Positions 1 to 12,813 of a stretch of DNA of 64,000 nt are shown piece after piece (the first letter of the stretch is position 1; each line of letters opens with the position of its first letter). The stretch lies in assembly GCF_009914755.1 (NCBI RefSeq), contig NC_060928.1; one strand, written 5' to 3'. The DNA is from the human T2T-CHM13v2.0 reference genome, Homo sapiens. The translations under genes and the position numbers were made by a program. The notes beneath the pieces were generated by a model. The model made no database searches. It was not told the origin of the DNA and worked only from the letters and a program-made list of their open reading frames with translations.

Positions 1-455
1 CACAGTCATAGAGGTGGAGAAGTCCCATAATAGGCCAGCTGTAAGCTAGAGAACCAAAGAATTCGATAGCATAGCTTAAAGCCAGGAGTGTAGCGCAGTC
101 GAAGTTCAAAGCCTCAGAACCAGGGATACTGACTGCAGCCCCCAGTCCAGGGTCAAAGGCTCAAGAGCCACCAAGAGGCAGCTGGTGCAGGTTCCACAGT
201 CTAAAAGCTGAAGAATGTGGAGTCTGAATTCCAAAGGCAGGAGGAGAACATCTGCCTGTTTGTCTTAGCCAGCCTCCAGCTGCCCACATGGTTGGTGCCT
301 GCCCGCATGGAGGGGAGGTCTTCTTTCTGTCCACTGACATGCAGGGCAATCTTCTCTGGAAACACCCTCACAGAGACACCCAGAAACAATGCTTCACCAG
401 CCATCTAGGTATCCCTCAGTCCAGTCAAATTGATACCTAAAATTAACTGTCACAT
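1..455. mobile_element. MLT2-type (ERVL) LTR fragment
   Basis: gagaagtcccataataggcc ... acaccctcacagagacacccagaaacaatg ... aaaattaactgtcaca, typical of MLT2. Confidence 0.6.
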
Positions 456-732
456 GTGAGGATCGTGTTTAGTTAAGTTTCCCACTTTTACGACTTTTGG
501 TTCAGAAAATGTTAGAAAGAATGACTCAGTAGTTTAAGGACTACATTATTAAGTCACTGAAATTTACCTAAATTTTGGTGCATTCTTATATATTAAACTC
601 ATTGCATTATTTAAGATTTTAGGTTTATTATTCCCTTTTTCCCCCTTCCTTTTATTTGGGGCACTATTAACTTCCTCATCACCCAAGTAGCAAACAGCAA
701 AACTGTCCCTTGGTGATATGTTTATGATTTAG

Positions 733-901
733 GGTACTCTTCATGAGCAGAAGATGAAAGAAGCCAATCACCTTGCTGCCATAGAGATCTTTGAGAAAGT
801 CAATGCTTCGCTGCTGCCACAGAATGTTTTAGACCTCCATGGGCTGCATGTGGATGAAGCTCTAGAACATTTGATGAGAGTTTTAGAGAAGAAGACTGAA
901 G
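733..901 (+). CDS. N4BP2: N4BP2 (NEDD4-binding protein 2 / B3BP) antepenultimate coding exon, start of Smr domain
   Basis: AG at 731-732, GT at 902-903. Translates GTLHEQKMKEANHLAAIEIFEKVNASLLPQNVLDLHGLHVDEALEHLMRVLEKKTE+G, with the Smr DLHG motif. Confidence 0.95.
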
Positions 902-1271
902 GTAGGACTGTGGTAATCACAAGTTTTCAATAGAATATATGTCTTTGCTTATATTGGTATAGCTTGCAAATTCAGGAGAGTCTGAATATGCAGGCTGAGA
1001 ATATCTGTGTAACATCTGTAAATGTTTATGTTATTCATTCTTCAAGAGAACCTTCTTGGGAAAGGATCCTCATTGGTATGATGATTAACATTTTCTTCAT
1101 TTGTATTCCTGTGCTGTATTTATTAACGGGAGGGCATGGTGTAATCTGCGAATCCTCTCTGTGACTTATAAATGAGACCTTTCAGGAATATTACATATCT
1201 TTGTCCAATAGACATTTATTAAACTTAATTGATATTTCTTGGATTTCAATTTTTCAGTAGATGCTTGATAA

Positions 1272-1607
<336 letters not shown>

Positions 1608-1981
1608 TGACCCCAGTTGTTTTTAAATTGAATTTTGGAAATCTTGTAGAAAATCTAGAAAACAGTAAAGATTAGAAAAGAGAAACTTTAAGAGCCGTTT
1701 AAATTATTATTTAATCCAGAGAGAAGAAAACTCTTCAAGTATATAGAAGTGTTATGAAAGAATATTCTTTCTATAGAGGATGAATTAATAGTGTTTTACT
1801 CAATAAATATTTGATTATCTTCTGTATTCTAGGCATCAAGGATAAGGTGGTGAAAAAGACACACAATCCTTGTCTTTATTGGAGTTTATTGTCTAGTGGG
1901 GTATACCATCTAGTAGGATAGATAACAGTGAAAAAATAGTTACATAAGTAATTAGCATTGTGATAAGAAAATACAAGTTGT

Positions 1982-2305
1982 GGCCGGGTGCGGTGGCTCA
2001 TGCCTGTAATCCCAGCACTTCGGAGGCCGAGGTGGGCGGATCACCTGAGGTCTGGAGTTCGAGACCAGCCTGGCCAACATGGTGAAACCCCGTCTCTACT
2101 AAAAATACAAAAATTAGCCAGGCATGGTGGCATGCACCTGTAATCCCAGCCACTTGGGAGGCTGAGGCAGGGAGAATTACTTGAACCCTGGAGGCGGAGG
2201 TTGCAGTGAGCCAAGATCACGCCACTGCCCTCCAGCCTGGGTGACAGAGCGAGACTCTTTCTCAAAAATAAATAAATAAATAAATAAATAAAATAAAATA
2301 AAATA
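1982..2305 (+). mobile_element. AluS with (TAAA)n tail and TSD
   Basis: Full dimer; TSD taagaaaatacaagttgt on both sides. Confidence 0.92.
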
Positions 2306-2629
2306 AGAAAATACAAGTTGTATTTAGGATAAATTCTAAAATCCCTACATAATATCTCTTGCTTACCTCTCCAGTCTCACCCTGTGTTTTTTTCTCCTTT
2401 TCTGTATATTTAACTACACTGTCAGTCTTGACCCCCATACTAGTTAGGCCCCCTGTTAATAACTTCTCACAGTACTCCTACCTCTCACAGTGTTTATAAA
2501 AAGCTTATTGTATAATTGGTTATTAAATACCTGTCTTTTTGGCCAAGAATTGAGCCAGTGATGATCATGTTTTTTCTTCAACACTCAAAAAAGTTTTTGA
2601 ATAAATGACTAAATAATGGTAGTTATTAC

Positions 2630-4995
2630 TCTTATTTTTTTGACAAATAAGATTGTTTATATTGAAAGTATGCAATGTGATGATTTGATAAATGTACACA
2701 TTGTAAAGTGATTACCACAATGAAGTACTTTAGCACATACATCACCTATTGTTACCATTTTGTGTGTGGGGGATGAGAACACCTATGACTTACTCTCATA
2801 GCAAATTTCAAGTATATGATATAGTGCTATTAAATATTATTACCATGCTACACATTAGCTCAGCAGAATGTATTCTTTTTAAGCTTGTACCCTTTGACCA
2901 GCATTTCATTTCCTCCTCTCTATTCTGGCCCCTGGCAACTACCATTCTATTATGTTTCTATGTGTTTGGCTTTTTTTTTTTTTTTTTTTTTCCCCAGGTA
3001 ATGTTTTTATTTTTATTTTTTTATTTTTTTTATTGATCATTCTTGGGTGTTTCTCGCAGAGGGGGATTTGGCAGGGTCATAGGACAATAGTGGAGGGAAG
3101 GTCAGCAGATAAACAAGTGAACAAAGGTCTCTGGTTTTCCTAGGCAGAGGACCCTGCGGCCTTCCGCAGTGTTTGTGTCCCTGGGTACTTGAGATTAGGG
3201 ATTGGTGATGACTCTTAACGAGCATGCTGCCTTCAAGCATCTGTTTAACAAAGCACATCTTGCACCGCCCTTAATCCATTTAACCCTGAGTGGACACAGC
3301 ACATGTTTCAGAGAGCACAGGGTTGGGGGTAAGGTCATAGATCAACAGGATCCCAAGGCAGAAGAATTTTTCTTAGTACAGAACAAAATGAAAAGTCTCC
3401 CACGTCTACTTCTTTCTACACAGACACAGCGACCATCCGATTTCTCAATCTTTTCCCCCACCTTTTCCCCTTTTCTATTCCACAAAACCGCCATTGTCAT
3501 CATGGCACGTTCTCAATGAGCTGTTGGGTACACCTCCCAGACGGGGTGGTGGCCGGGCAGAGGGGCTCCTCACTTCCCAGAAGGGGCGGCCGGGCAGAGG
3601 CGCCCCCCACCTCCCGGACGGGGCGGCTGGCCGGGCAGAGGCGCCCCCCACCTCCCTCCCGGACATGGCGGCTGGCCGGGTGGGGGCTGACCCCCCCACC
3701 TCCCTCCCGGACGGGGCGGCTGGCCGGGCGGGGGCTGACCCCCCACCTCCCTCCCAGACGGGGCGGCTGGCCGGGTGGGGGCTGACCCCCCACCTCCCTC
3801 CCAGACGGGGCGGCTGGCCCTCACTTCCCAGACGGGGTGGCTGCCGGGCGGAGGGGCTTCTCACTTCTCAGATGGGGCGGCTGCTGGGCGGAGGGGCTCC
3901 TCACTTCTCAGACGGGGCAGCCAGGCAGAGACGCTCCTCACCTCCCAGACGGGGTCGCGGCCAGGCAGAGGCGCTCCTCACATCCCAGACGGGGCGGCGG
4001 GGCAGAGGCGCTCCCCACATTTCAGACGATGGGCGGCCGGGCAGAGACGCTCCTCACTTCCTAGATGGGATGGCAGCCGGGAAGAGGCGCTCCTCACTTC
4101 CCAGACTGGGCAGCCAGGCAGAGGGGCTCCTCACATCCCAGACGGGGTGGCGGCCGGGCAGAGGCTGCAATCTCCGGCACTTTGGGAGGCCAGGGCAGGC
4201 GGCTGGGAGGTGGAGGTTGTAGCGAGCCGAGATCACGCCACTGCATTCCAGCCTGGGCACCAATGAGCACTGAGTGAACGAGACTCCGTCTGCAATCCCG
4301 GCACCTCGGGAGGCCGAGGCTGGCAGATCACTCGCGGTTAGGAGCTGGAGAGCAGCCTGGCCAATACAGCGAAACCCTGTCTCCACCAAAAAAATAAGAA
4401 AACCAGTCACGCATGGCGGCGCGCGCCTGCAATCGCAGGCACTGGGCAGGCGGAGGCAGGAGAATCAGGCAGGGAGGTTGCAGTGAGCCGAGATGGCAGC
4501 AGTACAGTCCAGCTTCGGCTCGGCATCAGAGGGAGACCGTGGAAAGAGAGGGAGAGGGAGACTGTGGGGAGAGGGAGAGGGGGAGGGGGAGGGGGAGAGG
4601 GAGTTCGGCTTTTTTAGGTTCCACATGTAAGTGAGATCATACAGGATTTGTCTTTCTGTGTCTGGCTTATTTCACTTAGTATAATGCCCTCCAGCCACAT
4701 CTGTATTGTTGCAAATGGCAGGATTTTCCCCTTTTAAAAAATTTTTAATTAAATTTTTATTTTTATTTAAAAGAAATAGGAGGTCTCAGTGTGTTGCTTA
4801 GACTGGTCTCGAACTTCTGGGCTCAAGTGATCCTCCCACCTTGGCCTTCCAAAGTGCTGAGATTGCAGATGTGAGCCACCATGCCTGGCCTGAGCCACTG
4901 TGCCTGGTCCCCTTTTTATTGTTGAATAATATTCCATTGTGTCTATATCACATTTTTTTATCAATTTATCCATCGATGGACAATTAGGTTGTTTC
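2630..4995 (-). mobile_element. Old L1 (L1MA-like) 3' end, interrupted by the SVA and an Alu monomer
   Basis: L1 3' UTR antisense motifs (ccacatgtaagtgagatcat...gcttatttcacttag) resume directly after the SVA TSD. Confidence 0.75.
2964..4615 (-). mobile_element. Full-length SVA retrotransposon, antisense in N4BP2 intron, with TSD and short 3' transduction
   Basis: On the minus strand: CCCTCT-type hexamers ~4545-4602, Alu-like ~4160-4530, GC-rich VNTR ~3540-4160, SINE-R ~3030-3530, poly(A). TSD gtttggctttttt (2964-2976) / gttcggctttttt (4603-4615). Confidence 0.95.
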
Positions 4996-5059
4996 ACCCA
5001 GCCTGGATGACAGAGTGAGACTCTCTAAGAAAAAAAAAATTGAAAAATCGAAAAACAGA

Positions 5060-5690
5060 AAAATGAAATGGAAAGTAATCAGTATTGTTAAGGATGTGGA
5101 TAAATTGGAGCCCTCATATATTGCTAGTGTAGCCACTGTGAAAAATTTCACTAGTTCTTTGAAAGGTTAAACATATAATTAACCGTATGACCCAGTAATT
5201 CTGCCCCTAACTATGTACCCAAGAGAAATAAAAACACAATATGTCTTTACGGAAACTTGCATATGAATGTCTGCAACAGCCAAAAGGTGGTGGTAACCTA
5301 AAAGTTCATTAACTGATGAATAGAGAAACAAAATGTGGTAAATCTATACAATGAAATTTAATTTAGCCATGTAGAGAAATGGCGGACCTTGTAAACATTA
5401 TTCTTTGTGAAAGATGAAGGCAGATAAAAAGCCATATGTTGTATGATTTCATTTTTACCAAATGTTCTGAGTATGTAAATCTAGAGAGACAAAAATTTGA
5501 TTAGTGGTTGCTGGGACTGGAATGGCAAGAATATGAGCAGTGACTGCTATGAGGCACAGAATTTCTTTGTGAAATGATGGAATGTTCTGGAATTAGTGGT
5601 GGTGGTTGCACAACATGATGAATATGCTAAAAACCGCTTAATTGCATATTTTAAAATGGTTAGTTTTATGTTAATTTTATCTCAATTAAA
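5060..5690 (+). mobile_element. Old L1M 3' fragment
   Basis: aaggatgtgga..attggagccctcata, tatgacccagtaatt, aaaatgtggta..tacaatgaaa motifs. Confidence 0.65.
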
Positions 5691-5712
5691 AAAATTGTAA
5701 GAAGAGAAAAAG

Positions 5713-6354
<642 letters not shown>

Positions 6355-6485
6355 TCAAACTAGGAGCAGATCAAACCTTTAGAACTGACTACCATTTTAT
6401 AGGGATTTACAGGGGACAGAGGAACATGTTAAACAACACCATGGGGATACAGTCAGCAAAATTCAGATTGTGAAAATCTAGGATA

Positions 6486-6790
6486 GGCTGGGTGTGATGG
6501 CTCATGCCTGTAATTCCAGCACTTTGGAAGGCCGAGGCAGTCAGATCACTTGAGGTCAGGAGTTTGAGACCAGCCTGGCCAACATGGTGAAACCACGTCT
6601 CCACTAATAATATACAAAAATATTAGCTGGGCATGATGTCTCAGGCCTGTAATCCCAGCCACTCTGGAAACTGAGGCAGAAGAATCGCTTGAACCCAGGA
6701 GTCAGAGGCTGCAGTGAACCGAGATCATCCCACTGCACTTCAACCTGGGCAACAGAGTGAGACTCTGTCTCAGGGGGAAAAAAAAAAAAG
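6486..6790 (+). mobile_element. Alu
   Basis: Full dimer; TSD-like tctaggata on both sides. Confidence 0.9.
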
Positions 6791-7380
6791 AGGAAGTCTA
6801 GGATAAATGATCCAATTTTTTTCAATAAATTGTAAAGAAAAACACCAGGGGAGGGGAAACCTTGTTACTTAAGAAATATATCAATCAAATAGAATGTATA
6901 GACTTATTTCAATCTTGATGCCAACAAATTACTGTAAAAACATATTTTTGAGATAATTGGGGGAAATTTTGGAAACTAATGATATTAAGGGACTTTTATT
7001 AATTTTATAAGATATGATGGTGCCATTGTAGTTATGCTTTTTAAAGGAGTCCTTATCTTTTATGAGGTATGTACTGAAATATTTGCAGTTGAAGTATCTG
7101 GAGTGTGCTGAAAAATGAGTTAAACAGTCCTTTCTAAGGCGTTAAACAGCAAGAACAGCCTGTATTTGGGAAACGAAACATATACATTACTTCATGCAAC
7201 AAACATCCTTTGAACTCTTACTTGAGGCATGTGAATCAACTAGAGAATATTTTCAGAGCAATAAGTGAACTATTAGCAGGTGATAATCGTATAAATGACT
7301 GACCTAAGTGATAAGGGGAGCCATAGTGAAGAGTGTGAGTTATGATTAGAGATTTAGTTGGGCTTTTTTTGTAAGTAAAC

Positions 7381-7672
7381 TTTTTCTTTTTGAGATGGGA
7401 GTCTGGCTCTGTTGCCCAGGCTGGCAGTTGGTTGTGACCTTGGTTCACTGCACCCTCCACCTCCCAGGTGCAACCCATCCTCCTACCTCAGCTTCCCAAG
7501 TAGCTGGGACTACAGGTGCGCCTCGCCATGCCCTGCTAATTTTTGTATTTTCAGTAGAGATGGGGTTTTGCCGTGTTGCCCAGGCTGGTCTTGAACTCCT
7601 GAGCTCAAGTGGTCCACCTTCCTTAGCCTCCCAAAGTGCTGAGATTACAGGCATGAGCCACTGTCCCTGGCC
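7381..7672 (-). mobile_element. Alu (AluJ-like)
   Basis: Antisense dimer; TSD-like gtaaac/tgtaaaac. Confidence 0.88.
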
Positions 7673-8880
7673 AATGTAAAACTTTTATGCGTAATATAAC
7701 ATATGTAAAGAACAGTGCCCAAAATTATAGGTATATAGTGCAAAAACTTTGTAAAAAGTTCGTAAAAAGGTTTTACACTATATACCTAGAATTTTGTGCA
7801 CTGTGAATACCTTTGTGAAGCTAGCACTCAGTTGAATTTTGAGCAACATATTGCTTGAAGTAATGGATGTGGATTAGAGATGGAGATCATAGACAAGGAA
7901 TTAGAAATGCAAGAGCAACATATTCTTTTAAAATTCCAGGCTGAATATCATCTTGGAGATATGATACTTGAAAAACCATTTGTTTGTATTCTATTAGGAG
8001 TATTAGGACAATTTAATAAGCAGACCGTGGAATGTTTATATTTTGTGTGTTTTAAATTTATTAATTCATCTCATTAATAGTTTTTTTGTTGTTTTTGTTA
8101 TTCTGCTACAGCTTTTATTAGTTTTCAGGATTTATATCCTTGATTTTCACAAGGTCATTTCCAAAATGGAACTTCAGTATTTTAGGAGGCTCAGACTCCT
8201 TTGATGTTTTAAGAACTATCTATCAGGAAAAGTTTGTTAACAATTGATTATCTTTAATAGTAAGACTGCAATCCAGCTGTGACTAGTGGATTTGCTAATA
8301 GCTATTACTGGAAGATAATCTATAAACTAGTTGCTATCATTATCCCTTTTTCCTGATGAGAAAATAGGCACAAAAGAAGCTAAGTAACTTGTCCATGGTC
8401 ACACAGTCATTTAGTGGCAGAGCTATGATTCAGAACAAAGCTTGATGGCTTTAGAATATTTAATTAACAGGGTTGTTGTGAAGATTCTTAGTTAATAAAT
8501 ATAAGCCACTTAAAGCAGTACTTGACTCCTTTTGTATAGTAATTGTTAGGTATCATTAATGGTATTATTGCCATTATCATTATTTCAGGGAGAACTTCTG
8601 GTAGTGCACAGAAATCTCTTCCCCCATAAAGGAAGAAGTCCCACCAAATCTTTTGATGGATAGATTACAATGAGGCTATGTGTTTTAAAACATACATCTT
8701 AAAACATTAATTTGGGGGCTTTTTGAGATAGCAAATCTGTCTTACTATTACAGTTTTGAGATGGCAAACCCCAAAATCCTCATGAAAACAATTTCATGTG
8801 CTTGAGTAGCTAAGGTTTACGTTTTCTATTGAGAATGTAAGATAAATGAATTTTAACTCCCCTGATTTCTGTTGTAACAG

Positions 8881-9004
8881 AATTTAAGCAGAACGGTGGG
8901 AAGCCCTATTTGTCTGTGATTACGGGGAGAGGAAACCACAGCCAGGGAGGAGTTGCTCGCATCAAACCAGCTGTCATTAAGTACCTCATAAGCCATAGCT
9001 TCAG
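8881..9004 (+). CDS. N4BP2: N4BP2 penultimate coding exon (Smr domain)
   Basis: gttgtaacag acceptor, gtgagt donor at 9005. Phase matches the previous exon: (E)FKQNGGKPYLSVITGRGNHSQGGVARIKPAVIKYLISHSF(R), with the Smr ITGRGNHS motif. Confidence 0.95.
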
Positions 9005-10292
9005 GTGAGTGTAGATTTCTGTTATTAATAATGGCAACTGCCCATATAGATCTTTATCAGATATTTCTGTGAGTATAGATTTCTGTTATTGATAATAGCA
9101 ATAGCCCTAATATAGCTAGGTAAATAAACACTAATAGCGTACTCAGAACAATCTGTTAAAATAGTTAACTAAATTTAATCATCTGATTTCAGCCACAGAT
9201 TCATGCTTAAATTATGATATAACTTTCCCTGCTGGATTTATGTTGTCTGGTAAACCAGAAATAAGGAAAAATGTGTTTGTTGCCAATAATCATCTGATAA
9301 AACTTTCTATCATAAATTTAAAGTTCTAAAAGAAAGTAAATATATTTGTTTCTTTGATAATATGCAAAATAATTAGGTAATATGTATCATACTTTAAGAT
9401 TTGCTATTATTCTTTTGAAAGGAAATCAGTATTTGTGGATTTTGGATGGAATTGGGTGGCTTCTATTGAAATATAGTTATAATTTAGGTACGTTTAAACT
9501 TTAGCAGAAATGTTCAGTTAATATGAATTTATTTGTGTTTTCATAAGTTAAATGCCATTAATGACCTGTGTTGACAAACATGAAATGTTCTTTTTCATTA
9601 AGTGATAATTATTTAATAACAGAAAATGACAAGAAAGTCAAAGATGAAATATCTGTTGATGGATAGATTTCCTGCAGATGTGTATCATTAACTCCTACCC
9701 ACCAATTTCAGTGTAGCATATTTATTTTATGCCATGTAATAAGATGTTATTTGGCTACATTATCGAAAATGATAGCATAAGTTATGAGCATAAAACAGGT
9801 GACATCAGGGTTATTTTTATAAAAGGAGTAGTTAGACCAGAACATTATGTTGAGATTAATTATCTATTTTAGAGACTAGTCTTCCTTTAAATTCTCTCCG
9901 GATAGAGTTGAAAGCATTGCATGGCCAGATTAATCAGACTTACCTGATATATCAGAGATTTCTTCTTGGTGCTTTCATGATGCACCAAGGACTTTATTCT
10001 TCCTACAGCATACTCTTTTTCATAAAGGTAAAATTCAGGCCTCACAGGTTTTGACAAATCTTAAGTTATACTAAGTCAAGAGCAACCTCCAGCTTTAAGA
10101 TTGTATTTGTTTTGACCGTAGATAAAAGGAACACAAACCTAGATGTTGGTCTTGGATATTGACTTAATAAGGGTCAATACTTTGGTAGTAAATATTATAT
10201 TAAGCGTAGGTACTTGGAATTGATTACAAGGTATATTCCTTAGCTAATTTGAAATTTTCATCTTTAAAATAACTCTTTTCTCATTTCTGCAG

Positions 10293-10338
10293 GTTCTCTG
10301 AAATTAAACCAGGGTGCTTGAAAGTCATGCTAAAGTAA
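10293..10338 (+). CDS. N4BP2: N4BP2 terminal exon, coding part
   Basis: tcatttctgcag acceptor; (R)FSEIKPGCLKVMLK then TAA at 10336-10338; phase consistent. Confidence 0.93.
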
Positions 10339-11179
10339 AATAAACATCCTTGAATTAGAAGTATGAAGGTTTGTAGGTTAAAATTACTTTTATTTGCAGT
10401 AATTCAGTCAATTCTACCCTAAAGATGTGTTTTATTATAAATAATATTCAATTATGAAACAAAAAAATTATGATGTTTTTCAAAATGCAAGTGAGGTTTG
10501 ATTTTTTACTGAATCAAATGCAAATGTTACCTGTTAAAGATATTACAGAGAAATTTTATTGATTACAAAATATGTAAGAAAATTATCAGCTACAGTTTTA
10601 AAGTTTAAAATGCTCTGATTGTTTCTCAGAAAAGGTTACCTTTGTATTAATTGTTGTATGACATTTAGTAATGTCCTAAAAGTCTTTTGTGAGAGGTATT
10701 TAAAGTGCTTTGAGACCTGATTCATGCCCCCCAAAGGGTGGTATTAAAAGAGGAAAAAGGACATAGTAGTGGTAGTAAAGAAAAAAAGGAGATCTAACAA
10801 AAACACTTGAATATTTTTTATTTTCAAAACTAAACACATAAAATGCTTTTATTTTGCCATATCCTACAGGAAGGAAGACATGCTTTTGCCCTTTCTTCTG
10901 CTTTGTATATGACCTTGATCTTTTACCTTTTGTTCTGTTCTTCTGTGTGCATTTTATGGAAAGAAAGTTGGGTCTGAGATTATATTGTAATTTTATACTT
11001 TCTATAGACAGAAAGGTTTTCAGAGAAAAAGAAATGGTTAAATATCTTCCAGATGTTGCTGCCTTATCGAAATGCTTCTAGAACTGTCTGTATAAGTCGT
11101 ATTTCAGACAGTACTAAATACTTATATTTTATTTTTGAGGCATGTAATTTTAAAACTGCAGTAGGTTAAAATTCTATTA

Positions 11180-11617
<438 letters not shown>

Positions 11618-12813
11618 TCATTAACTTCTGTTGTTTGGTTAGCTAATAAATTCTGTTAGTATGCAAGTTAAACCTGTGTAAAGGAGGTTATAATGTGGTA
11701 AGGTATAATTTTCCAATATGAGACAATGGCTTAAATTTGCCTTTGGAGATGGAGAATATTTTCAACATACATAATTTTAACAAATAGTTTTGTTGCTTTT
11801 TGTTAAGCTTAAAAAAAAATTTGGATCAGAAATTATAGGATTGAGCTGGTACCAAAAGAATCCTAAAGTACAGAATGGTTTTCCAAAAGAGCAGACATTT
11901 CAATGAAAATAAAACCCCAAAACATTTTTTTTATATATCATGATTGCATGCTTTTAAAATAAGGAGGCTTATCATTGAATTTTAGTTCCATAAAAATGAA
12001 AATACATGTTTATTATTTAGAAATGGTTAGTGACTGGTATTGAAGTATTATTCACACTTATGTTTGTAATAATTTATTTAAAGAATGCCAACAGTTTAGC
12101 ACACTTTTGTAATCTCTAGAACAGTTCTATACATTAAAAATAAACATTAAAAATAAAGCAGTTCCTTTAAACAACTTACTATGAAACTATAATTGTTAAT
12201 GAAATAAGATATTCCTATGTATACATTAGTATGATTTAAGGGTATGAAAAACAGTGCTAAAATGTGGAGTTAATTGGAATGTGTGCAGCTGCATACTCAC
12301 TTTCTGTGTTTTTATATTTCCTTACCTAGTTTTAAAAATCATCACTTTTCGGCACTTCAGCTAGACTTATTTCAATATTATAATTATGATTAATGAAGGA
12401 GCAGTCAGAAGTAGAGGTGTGGTATTCCGTGGGCAGAAGTCAAATGAAAAAAGCTATATTGTTTACTTGTTTACTATATCAATGTTAATATTATGCCTTA
12501 TTTTGATAAATCAAATAGTATATCTTAATCATTGTTGATAAATATACAGGCAAAGTTTGAGCATCATATGTATTTTTATGAAGCTGCTTAATTCCAAATT
12601 GCCTCCCACCCCACTATCTAGCATAGTTTAAGCAACACATAATTTTGAAAGAAAAGTTTGTAATCCCTCCTTTCTTTTTTTTGCCCATTTCTAAATCCTG
12701 TATGCCCGCAGTAAAGATAGTTTGGGGATTTTAAAAGTTTTCTCTATTACCCATTTCTAAATCCTGTATGTCAAAGATAGTTTGGAGATTATAAAAATTT
12801 TCATGTATTGGTG

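Noticed and set aside
3037-4634. Many long overlapping ORFs up to 242 aa
   Set aside because: All lie in the GC-rich SVA VNTR/Alu-like/SINE-R sequence, which lacks stops by composition; not genes.
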